Source of the DNA: Gemmatimonadales bacterium
GTDB taxonomy: Bacteria > Gemmatimonadota > Gemmatimonadetes > Gemmatimonadales > GWC2-71-9
NCBI GenBank assembly: GCA_046596135.1
Contig: JBKJMX010000028.1
Location: forward strand, 10,035-74,034
Direction of reading: 5' to 3'
Length of the DNA: 64,000 bases
The notes under the pieces were generated by a model. It saw only the letters and a program-made list of their open reading frames with translations, was not told the DNA's origin and did no database searches. Positions within the stretch are counted from its first letter, which is position 1; each line of letters starts with the position of its first letter. The position numbers and the translations under genes were made by a program. This document shows, one piece after another, positions 16,915-23,871 of this stretch.

Positions 16915-17131
16915 GGCGCTTCAGGTCGCGCACGAGGGTTTCAAACGCGAGCGTCGGTTCCTTGGCCCGTTTTCGGAACGCAGCCAAATCATCGGCATCG
17001 TCGGCGAGAGTGTGCCGGACGGCAGTGTTCACAAGATCGGAGATGCTCTGGTCGGTCTCAGCGGCTTTGAGCCGCAACGCCTTGTGCACCGTCTCGTCGA
17101 AATACACGGTGGCCCGCTTGCTGGTGCTCAT
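16901..17131 (-). CDS. Ribbon-helix-helix (CopG-like) antitoxin
   Basis: 76 aa. The N-terminal RHH pattern is KRATVYFDETVHKALRLKAAETDQSISDLVNTAV. It sits immediately upstream of, and overlaps, relE. Confidence 0.8.
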   Translation of the reverse strand: MSTSKRATVYFDETVHKALRLKAAETDQSISDLVNTAVRHTLADDADDLAAFRKRAKEPTLAFETLVRDLKRRGKL

Positions 17132-17138
17132 GTTGAGG

Positions 17139-17167
17139 ATATTAGCGTTTTAACGTCATGACGTCAA
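17139..17167 (-). promoter_or_regulatory. TA-operon promoter with an embedded palindromic operator
   Basis: On the minus strand: TTGACG (17167-17162), a 17-nt spacer, then TAATAT (17144-17139), only 7 nt before the antitoxin ATG (a leaderless-like layout). The perfect 12-bp palindrome ACGTCATGACGT at 17153-17164 overlaps the -35 box and spacer. Confidence 0.55.
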
Positions 17168-17207
17168 TGCGGTGCAGTCGTGCCAGCGGCTGAGCGCCGC
17201 TTCTCTG

Positions 17208-17249
17208 CCAGCGGCTGAGAGCCTCCTTGCTTCATGCGAAGCGGGGATC
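17208..17249 (+). repeat. 42-bp REP-like repeat, copy A
   Basis: ccagcggctgagagcctccttgcttcatgcgaagcggggatc. It contains a short hairpin (GCTTC-atgc-GAAGC) and overlaps the 3' end of the transposase CDS. Confidence 0.7.
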
Positions 17250-17657
17250 ATTACCCTCGTCCGAGTTCGCCGTTGCCACCCACCCCGCGATTGCCTGATC
17301 GGGGTGGTGTTGCGGTTGGTTCATGACGTAGCCCAACAACGCCGATCGTGCGCGTGTCCCAACGCTATCGACGTTGTAACCCCTGGCCCACCGTAGTGAG
17401 CGACCTGATTCCCGACGGTATAACGCTGCGCTCGATCCCTTCAGACGTTGCAGTAGCCGCGGGATCGCGGTCGCCGGATGCAGCTGAATGGCTAGGTGCA
17501 CATGGGTGGTAACGATTCCCACGGCGAGCACGTCCGCGGGCTCCTGATGAGTGATGCGGGAAAGTGTTTGCTGAAGGAAAGTCGCTGCTTGTGCGTCGAT
17601 GCACGTCACGCGATCGCGAGTGGTCCATGTGAGATGAGCGTAGATGCGGTGGCGCAT
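17232..17657 (-). CDS. REP-associated tyrosine transposase (IS200/IS605 TnpA Y1 family)
   Basis: HUH motif THVHLAIQL and a C-terminal Tyr-helix-like segment LLGYVMNQPQHH. The start is taken at MRHRIYAHLTWTT (ATG 17657). The longer track ORF (to 17861) runs through a repeat. Confidence 0.8.
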   Translation of the reverse strand: MRHRIYAHLTWTTRDRVTCIDAQAATFLQQTLSRITHQEPADVLAVGIVTTHVHLAIQLHPATAIPRLLQRLKGSSAALYRRESGRSLRWARGYNVDSVGTRARSALLGYVMNQPQHHPDQAIAGWVATANSDEGNDPRFA

Positions 17658-17738
17658 CCCGAATGCTTCACCTGTCGCCGACAGATGGCACGTCGCAACG
17701 ACACTAGCCGTGGTCGAAACGTTGCGAGCTCGCTTCAG

Positions 17739-17780
17739 CCAGCGGCTGATAGCCGCCTTGCTGCATGCCAAGCGGGGATC
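17739..17780 (+). repeat. 42-bp REP-like repeat, copy B (same orientation as copy A)
   Basis: ccagcggctgatagccgccttgctgcatgccaagcggggatc. It has 4 mismatches to copy A and contains the hairpin GCGGCT-gat-AGCCGC. Confidence 0.7.
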
Positions 17781-17823
17781 GCCGTTAGCGCGCGAAACAA
17801 GGCGGGTTTTACCCGCCCTCAGT

Positions 17824-17926
17824 GCCGAGCCCGGGTGATGTCCGCCCGCAGGGCGGACCACCCGTGGGCTCGGGCGCAGGGTCGGACCACCCGGGGGTCG
17901 GGCCGCCCGTGGGTCGGACCGCCCGG
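17824..17926 (+). repeat. GC-rich nested hairpin followed by a 16-bp tandem repeat array
   Basis: The outer inverted repeat is GCCGAGCCCGGGTG / CACCCGtgGGCTCGgGC (17824-17875), with a perfect inner stem GTCCGCCC-gca-GGGCGGAC (17840-17858). Three 16-mers follow: GGGTCGGACCACCCGG, GGGTCGGGCCGCCCGT and GGGTCGGACCGCCCGG (17879-17926). Confidence 0.7.
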
Positions 17927-17957
17927 TGATAAGTGGATCGGCCCTAGATTCCTCCGT

Positions 17958-20105
17958 ATGTCTACCCGCCTGCTCCTGCTCCTGCTGGCCGCCCCCCTTG
18001 CCGCCCAGTCGCCCACCATTCCGTTCACCCCGGGGATGGTGGTCACGTCGTCGGTGCGGATTCTCCCCGGTACGTACCAGGCTCCCGCCAGCGACTCAGC
18101 CGTCATGGTGATTCGTGGCCGCAATATCACCGTTGACATGCGCGGTGTGGAACTGGTGGGCAGCGATCAGCGCAATCGTCCCGACAAGTTCAGCGGCACC
18201 GCGGTCCGGATTGACGGTGGGAGCAACATCACGGTCCGCGGTGCCACCATCCGGGGCTACCGGATCGGCCTGATCGCCCGCGGCGTGCGCAACCTCCGCC
18301 TCCTCGACAACGACCTGTCGTACAACTGGAAGAACCGCCTGATGAGCGGCATCGAGAAGGAGTCGCTGGTCGACTGGATGTCGTACCACCAGAACGAAAA
18401 AGACGAGTGGCTCAAGCACGCCGCCGCGATCTACCTGGTCGACGTCCGCGGCGGCGAGCTCAAGGGCAACCGCGTAAGGCAGGGGCAGAACGCTCTCCTG
18501 CTGACCCGTACCGACAGTCTCCTCATCTGGAACAACGACTTCTCCTTCAACTCCGGGCTCGGCATCGGGATGTATCGCGCGTCGTACAACACCCTGATGC
18601 ACAACCGGATCGACTGGAACGTCCGCGGCTACTCCCACGGCTTCTACAACCGTGGCCAGGATTCCGCTGGGCTGCTGATGTACGAGCAGAGTTGCCACAA
18701 TATTGTTGCACACAACTCGGTGACCCATTCCGGCGACGGACTGTTCCTCTGGGCAGGCCAGTCGACGATGGACAGCGGCCACGGCGGCGCAAACGATAAT
18801 CTCTTCTACGCCAACGACTTTTCGCACGCCCCAACCAACGGCATCGAGACCACCTTTTCCCGAAACGTATTTGCAGGCAACCGTGTCGAGGAAAATTGGC
18901 ACGGGGTGTGGGGCGGCTACTCGTACGAGACGGTGTACATCGGCAACGATTTCCGCAACAACGTCGAGGCGATCGCGATCGAGCACGGGCAGGACAACCG
19001 GATCATCGGCAATACTTTCCGCGGCGACACCACCGCGATCCGACTCTGGTGGAACCGCGTCGAGCCCTCCGACTGGGGCTATCCGAAGTACCGCGACACC
19101 CGCTCGCGCGATGTCGTGATACTCGGCAACACCTTTTCCGACAACCGTCTCGCCCTCCGGATAGACAACACCCAGCGGGTGCGTGTCGATGGCAACGCCT
19201 TTGTCGGTGTGGATTCGCTCACCCGCCTGAGCGGCGACACGGCAGGTTGGACAATGACGCCGGATCAGCGCGCGGCAATGCCGGTCACGATCCCCGCCCG
19301 GTATCGGGTGGCGAAGCGGGCGGGTGGAATCGATGCGATGATTCCGGCTGGTGCGATGCGTGGGCGGAAGACGATCATCGTCGACGAATGGGGCCCGTAC
19401 GATTGGCAGAGCCCGAAGCTCTGGCCGGTAGCGCGTTCCGATGCCAACCTGCAGCGTCTCAGGGTGCTCGGCCCCGTGGGGACGTGGCGGGTTGTGACCG
19501 AGCGGAATATTGCAAGTGTATCCGCACGATCGGGCCGAGTCGGCGACACATTGACCGTGACTCCCGCAGCTGATCATATGGGCGACTGGAGTGTCGAGCT
19601 GGAATACCACGGTGGCGCAGTCACCACGCCGTTCGGCGAACGGATTGCGGCGAGAAAGCCGGTGCGCTTCGCTTGGCGCCACTGGGTCCCTGCGATCACT
19701 TGGCATCTCGTGCACGTTGCGTGGGATTCCACGACAACGCCGCGTACTGGTGCCGCAGCGATCACCCGGGCGCTGGGTGGCACCCCGGTGGCCAGTAGCG
19801 ATACCAGCGTGCTCGATCTCACCTGGTACCGGCCGCCCGATCAGCAGGTGCCGCAGGCCAACGTGCTGACCGGTGCCACTGCCGATGTGGCGCTGCCTGC
19901 AGGACGGTACGTCCTCCGGACAATCGCCGACGATGCCATCAGGGTGTACATCGACGACAAGTTGGTGCTCGATGACTGGACGCCCGGTGAATCGCGAGTA
20001 CGGGAGACGTCATTCACGTCGATGGGCAGGCACCAGTTCAGGGTCGAGCACCTGCAGCTCGATGGCTGGTATGAACTGCGCGTTGACATCGTTCGGGAGA
20101 ACTGA
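17958..20105 (+). CDS. Secreted right-handed parallel beta-helix repeat protein with a C-terminal PA14-like domain
   Basis: Signal peptide MSTRLLLLLLAAPLAAQ. Repeated beta-helix units are present (NITVRGATIRG, LRLLDNDLSYN, LLIWNNDFSFN, IVAHNSVTHSGDG, NRIIGNTFRGD). The C-terminus YVLRTIADDAIRVYIDDKLVLDDW...FRVEH is PA14-like. The upstream part of the track ORF (17496-17957) is repeat sequence. Confidence 0.8.
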   Translation: MSTRLLLLLLAAPLAAQSPTIPFTPGMVVTSSVRILPGTYQAPASDSAVMVIRGRNITVDMRGVELVGSDQRNRPDKFSGTAVRIDGGSNITVRGATIRGYRIGLIARGVRNLRLLDNDLSYNWKNRLMSGIEKESLVDWMSYHQNEKDEWLKHAAAIYLVDVRGGELKGNRVRQGQNALLLTRTDSLLIWNNDFSFNSGLGIGMYRASYNTLMHNRIDWNVRGYSHGFYNRGQDSAGLLMYEQSCHNIVAHNSVTHSGDGLFLWAGQSTMDSGHGGANDNLFYANDFSHAPTNGIETTFSRNVFAGNRVEENWHGVWGGYSYETVYIGNDFRNNVEAIAIEHGQDNRIIGNTFRGDTTAIRLWWNRVEPSDWGYPKYRDTRSRDVVILGNTFSDNRLALRIDNTQRVRVDGNAFVGVDSLTRLSGDTAGWTMTPDQRAAMPVTIPARYRVAKRAGGIDAMIPAGAMRGRKTIIVDEWGPYDWQSPKLWPVARSDANLQRLRVLGPVGTWRVVTERNIASVSARSGRVGDTLTVTPAADHMGDWSVELEYHGGAVTTPFGERIAARKPVRFAWRHWVPAITWHLVHVAWDSTTTPRTGAAAITRALGGTPVASSDTSVLDLTWYRPPDQQVPQANVLTGATADVALPAGRYVLRTIADDAIRVYIDDKLVLDDWTPGESRVRETSFTSMGRHQFRVEHLQLDGWYELRVDIVREN

Positions 20106-20741
20106 ATGGATCGTGCTGTGGCGGTTCGTCCTCTCATCATCGGCATTGTCGGCGGCTCCGGCTCGGGGAAGACCACCGTCGCCCACGCGATCGTCGATGC
20201 CACCGGAGTGGCGAGCATCATTGATCACGATGCCTACTACAAGGACCTCGCGCACCTATCCCTTGATGAACGTCGACAGGTCAACTTCGATCACCCCGAT
20301 TCACTCGACAACGACCTGCTGGTGGAGCACCTCGAGGTGCTGGCAGCGGGGCACGGGATCGAGAAGCCGACCTACGACTTCGCGCTCCACACCCGCGCGT
20401 CGGACACAGTTCCCATGTTGCCGAGCGACATCATCATCGTCGAGGGAATCCTGCTCTTTGCCGACCGACGCCTGCGGGAACTCTTCGACATCAAGGTGTT
20501 TGTTGACGTCGCCGACGACGTACGCTTCATCCGACGGCTGGTGCGCGACGTCGAGGATCGCGGCCGATCGATGGACGACGTGATCCGGCAATACCTCGCC
20601 ACAGTGCGGCCAATGCACCTCGAGTTCGTGGAGCCATCGAAGCGTTGGGCCGACGTGATCCTGCCTGAGGGCGGGCACAACCGGATCGGAGTTGAAATGG
20701 TGATCGCGCGGGTGCAACGCGAGCTGCAGGAGCGCGCATGA
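20106..20741 (+). CDS. udk: Uridine kinase
   Basis: P-loop GIVGGSGSGKTT, plus NFDHPDSLD, IIIVEGILLF and VRFIRRLVRDVEDRGRS. ATG 20106 abuts the previous stop (TGAATG). Confidence 0.9.
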   Translation: MDRAVAVRPLIIGIVGGSGSGKTTVAHAIVDATGVASIIDHDAYYKDLAHLSLDERRQVNFDHPDSLDNDLLVEHLEVLAAGHGIEKPTYDFALHTRASDTVPMLPSDIIIVEGILLFADRRLRELFDIKVFVDVADDVRFIRRLVRDVEDRGRSMDDVIRQYLATVRPMHLEFVEPSKRWADVILPEGGHNRIGVEMVIARVQRELQERA

Positions 20742-22621
20742 GACGCATGATCGGGGTGCTCATGCTGGCGCTGGCAGCGGAAGTCCCGCAGCCTGCATTT
20801 GCCCAATCGTTTGCGCAATCCACCGCCGTTGACTCAGCGCTGGTGCGGGTGGAACAGTTGCGCACGCCGCGACTCTCACCCGATGGACGACGCGTGGCGT
20901 TTATCCGCGTGATTGCCGGCATGCCACAGGTAGCAATCATCGACGTGAGCGGCGGTGCAGTGCGAGCGCTGGCCGATGGGTCCCACGTCGAATGGTCGCC
21001 CAACGGCGCTGAAGTGGTGTATCACAGCGCCGATGGCACCCGCCTGCTGGTGCGAAGCGTGGATGGCGACGGCGTCGAACGCGTTCTCGCCACGGGCACT
21101 TCGATCGGTGCTCCGCGGTGGTCGCCCGACGGCCGGCAAATCGCACTCGTGATGTCAGCTGCCGACACCGGATCGGACCGCGGGACGATTCACCAACTCC
21201 ACGTCGTGCCATCCACGGGAGGCGTGGTGCAGCGCGTGACCCCCGTAGGGTTCCGCATTGCCGGACGCGATACCGGCCTTCCCGATCCGGTGTCGTTCGA
21301 CTGGCTCGACAACGGAGCGCTTGTCGTGGCCGGCAGCGATTCGCTGGTGGCCGGTGATTATTTCGCTTCGCAGCTATACCGAGTTGACGCCGCCGGTGGC
21401 GAGCTTCGCCGTCTCACATCGCAGGCCGGATTCTGGCATTCACCCGTGGCGGCACCCGATGGCAAATCGGTGGCCTACCTGGGTTTCCCGCAGACCAGCG
21501 CGTCGTACCGCACCCAGGACCTGCGCGTGATGCAGCCCGACGGCAGTCGCGACCGATTGCTGAGCATCGGTTTTGACCGCGACCCGGTAAGCGTCCGGTG
21601 GTCAGACAAGACGACGCTCTGGTTCAGCGCCCAGGACCGCGGCACCGTCAACACTTTCACCATCAGTACCCGCTCCGGCAGGGTGAAGCCGGCATCGAAC
21701 GGCGCCCACCGCATGCTGCTGGGTGACGTGATCGGCAATCGTGGCATCGGCGTTGCTATCCGCTCGACGATTTCTCGGCCCGATGAAGTAGTGCGCTTCC
21801 CGCTCGGAAAGCCTTGGGATCTCGCACCGGTCACCGCGATCAATTCCGCACTGGCCAATGCGCTTCCGGCTGGCGAATCCGAGGAAGTCGAGTACCGCGC
21901 GAGTGACGGCATGCTCATCCACGGCTGGGTTTCGCGCCCGGTGATCTTCGACCCCGCCCAGCGGGTTCCGCTGGTGGTGATGTTGCACGACGGCCCGCAC
22001 GGGATGCACGACACCGGATTCGATCCGCGCGTCACTCGGATCACCAACGCCGGGTTCGCCGTCTTTCGCCCGAATGTACGTGAGTCCACGGGTTACGGCA
22101 CCGATCACGGCAATCGTCTCACCACCTTTCCCGATGATGATGTGGGCGACGTGATTGCTGGTGTCGATGAATTGATCCGGACCGGACTCGTCGACAGCGC
22201 CAGGGTGGTCTTGCGGGGATGCGGCAGTGGCGCCGTGATCGCGCTCGCCGCGCTAGAACGCACAACGCGTTTTGCCGGCGCAATCCTGGAGTGTCCCTGG
22301 GATTTCCTCGCTGGCCGCAAACTCGGCGTGCACGACGACGCCGCGTTCATGCTGCCGTTCCGCGCCGACCCCGTCGAATGGCTGGCGACTTCGCCGCTGC
22401 GGGATGTGGCTCGGATCCGGACGCCGACGCTGTTCCTGGTGGAGTCATCGCCGACACTCGCACCCGCAGACCAACGCGCAGCATTCCATCGGGAGCTGCT
22501 GCTGCGGCGGATTCCGACGACATGGTGGGTCGCAGATAACGACGGACCGTGGAGTTGGATCGAAAAGGAGCGCAGGGTGATGGACTGGATACAGCGCACT
22601 GCCGGTAGCCGTAAGCCGTAA
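20738..22621 (+). CDS. S9 (prolyl oligopeptidase/DPP) family homolog with an N-terminal beta-propeller; the catalytic motif looks degenerate
   Basis: Signal peptide, then TolB/DPP-like propeller repeats (SPDGRRVAF, WSPNGAEV, WSPDGRQIA, APDGKSVAY). The alpha/beta-hydrolase part has NVRESTGYG, but GCGSGA sits where GxSxG is expected. ATGA overlap with udk. Confidence 0.8.
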   Translation: MRRMIGVLMLALAAEVPQPAFAQSFAQSTAVDSALVRVEQLRTPRLSPDGRRVAFIRVIAGMPQVAIIDVSGGAVRALADGSHVEWSPNGAEVVYHSADGTRLLVRSVDGDGVERVLATGTSIGAPRWSPDGRQIALVMSAADTGSDRGTIHQLHVVPSTGGVVQRVTPVGFRIAGRDTGLPDPVSFDWLDNGALVVAGSDSLVAGDYFASQLYRVDAAGGELRRLTSQAGFWHSPVAAPDGKSVAYLGFPQTSASYRTQDLRVMQPDGSRDRLLSIGFDRDPVSVRWSDKTTLWFSAQDRGTVNTFTISTRSGRVKPASNGAHRMLLGDVIGNRGIGVAIRSTISRPDEVVRFPLGKPWDLAPVTAINSALANALPAGESEEVEYRASDGMLIHGWVSRPVIFDPAQRVPLVVMLHDGPHGMHDTGFDPRVTRITNAGFAVFRPNVRESTGYGTDHGNRLTTFPDDDVGDVIAGVDELIRTGLVDSARVVLRGCGSGAVIALAALERTTRFAGAILECPWDFLAGRKLGVHDDAAFMLPFRADPVEWLATSPLRDVARIRTPTLFLVESSPTLAPADQRAAFHRELLLRRIPTTWWVADNDGPWSWIEKERRVMDWIQRTAGSRKP

Positions 22622-22988
22622 CCGTTATTGCGGCGAGGTGCGACGGGTCCGCCAGAGGAGGCTCGGACCATACGGGCGCCGAATGGACGGGCTTCCGAGC
22701 CGACGGTTGGTGGGCCCGGTGACCGAGCCGCGTGACGGATCGCCCCGCCGCGGCCCGGGGCGGGGCCTGCGCCGGCGGGCTCGATCGGAGACTCCACCAT
22801 CGTCGGCTCCAACTCGCGGCCCTCGCGCACCGCGGGGCCGCTCAAACAGTCGAGCCTCCTCTGGTGAACCCTCCGCCTCTCGCCCTGCCTGCGCCGTCTC
22901 GCCCGTGACGACGGACGCGGCTAACTATCTACGACTCACCACTCCGGAGGTCCTGCTGCCAGCAATTCCAACCTCCCCTGCCTTCCGG

Positions 22989-23858
22989 ATGGTCGCCGAT
23001 CGCTACCGCAACCTTCCGTCGGCCGTGGCCCACCCGGTGACACGGTTCGCGCCGTCGCCCACCGGCGACCTCCACTTCGGTCACGTCGTCCACGCGCTTT
23101 GGGTCTGGGGCGTGGCCCGCGAACTCGATGGCAAGGTGATCGTACGAATCGAGGACCACGACCAGACCCGCAGTAGTCGCGAGAGCGAGCAGCGAATACT
23201 CGACGACATGGAGTGGCTGGGATTTCACCCAGACGCAGAGTCCCTTCAGTCGTTGCGGTCGACGTTTCCGTCACCGTGGCGACAAAGCGACCACGCGGAG
23301 TTATACGCTACGGCTGCGGAGCAACTGGAGAAGTCAGCGTCGGTGTATGGCTGCACCTGCACCCGTGCAAACTTGGGCCCCGCTGACGAATCGGGTGACC
23401 GGAACTATCCGGGTACCTGTCGCGGAATGCCCCGTGATCGGGTTGAAACGGCGTCTTGGCGCGTCCACCTCCCCGACGTGGCGGTGCACACCACCGATCT
23501 GCTGCTTGGCGAGATCGCGCAGCATCCGGCCCGGGAGGGAGGCGACGTGGTGATCCGCGATGCCCGCGGCCAGTGGAGCTATCAGCACTGCGTCGTGGTT
23601 GATGACATCCGTCACGGGATCGACCTGATCGTGCGGGGCGAAGACCTGGCGACATCGACCGGACGCCAGCAGATCCTCGGGCAGATGTTGGGCCGAACCA
23701 TGCCAGCGGTGACGCTCCACCATCCGCTGGTGTTGGCGCCAAATGGCCGGAAGCTCAGCAAGCGCGACCGGAGCGAGACCGTGGCGTCAATGCGGGAGCG
23801 CGGAATGACCGCGGTCGATGTGCTGGTGGCTGCGATGAAGCACGTGGTCGCTGAGTAA
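22989..23858 (+). CDS. gluQ: Glutamyl-Q tRNA(Asp) synthetase (truncated GluRS paralog)
   Basis: TRFAPSPTGDLHFGHV (HIGH-like), IVRIEDHDQTR, YGCTCTR and the KLSKRD (KMSKS-like) motif. The start is chosen at ATG 22989. The upstream in-frame 117 codons look non-coding (Arg/Pro-rich). Confidence 0.85.
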   Translation: MVADRYRNLPSAVAHPVTRFAPSPTGDLHFGHVVHALWVWGVARELDGKVIVRIEDHDQTRSSRESEQRILDDMEWLGFHPDAESLQSLRSTFPSPWRQSDHAELYATAAEQLEKSASVYGCTCTRANLGPADESGDRNYPGTCRGMPRDRVETASWRVHLPDVAVHTTDLLLGEIAQHPAREGGDVVIRDARGQWSYQHCVVVDDIRHGIDLIVRGEDLATSTGRQQILGQMLGRTMPAVTLHHPLVLAPNGRKLSKRDRSETVASMRERGMTAVDVLVAAMKHVVAE

Positions 23859-23871
23859 CCCGTAACACCCG

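Larger units (their letters stand above)
17183..17780 (-). mobile_element. RAYT / IS200-like Y1 transposase locus with flanking REP-like repeats
   Basis: A transposase CDS is flanked by two 42-bp repeats (38/42 identical), plus a partial third copy (CCAGCGGCTGAG at 17183). Confidence 0.6.

Noticed and set aside
17496-17957. The 154-codon upstream extension of the beta-helix ORF, and the extension of the transposase ORF to 17861.
   Set aside because: Both run through REP-like repeats and hairpins and encode Arg/Gly-rich low complexity. A good signal peptide starts at ATG 17958, and the RAYT core starts at ATG 17657.
18096-19715. A 539-aa minus-strand ORF opposite the beta-helix gene.
   Set aside because: It is an antisense shadow ORF with no motifs. 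The plus-strand frame shows regular beta-helix repeats and a PA14-like end.
22622-22988. A 367-bp gene-free, GC-rich interval between the S9 homolog and gluQ. I examined it as a possible ncRNA (RNase P, tmRNA, SRP or 6S RNA, or a riboswitch).
   Set aside because: I could not find any conserved ncRNA signature (no RNase P P4 sequence, no tmRNA tag or acceptor end, no SRP domain IV). Only generic GC hairpins are present, such as GCGGCCC…GGGCCGC near 22815. It would need a cmscan/Rfam run to settle, so it is not reported as a feature.
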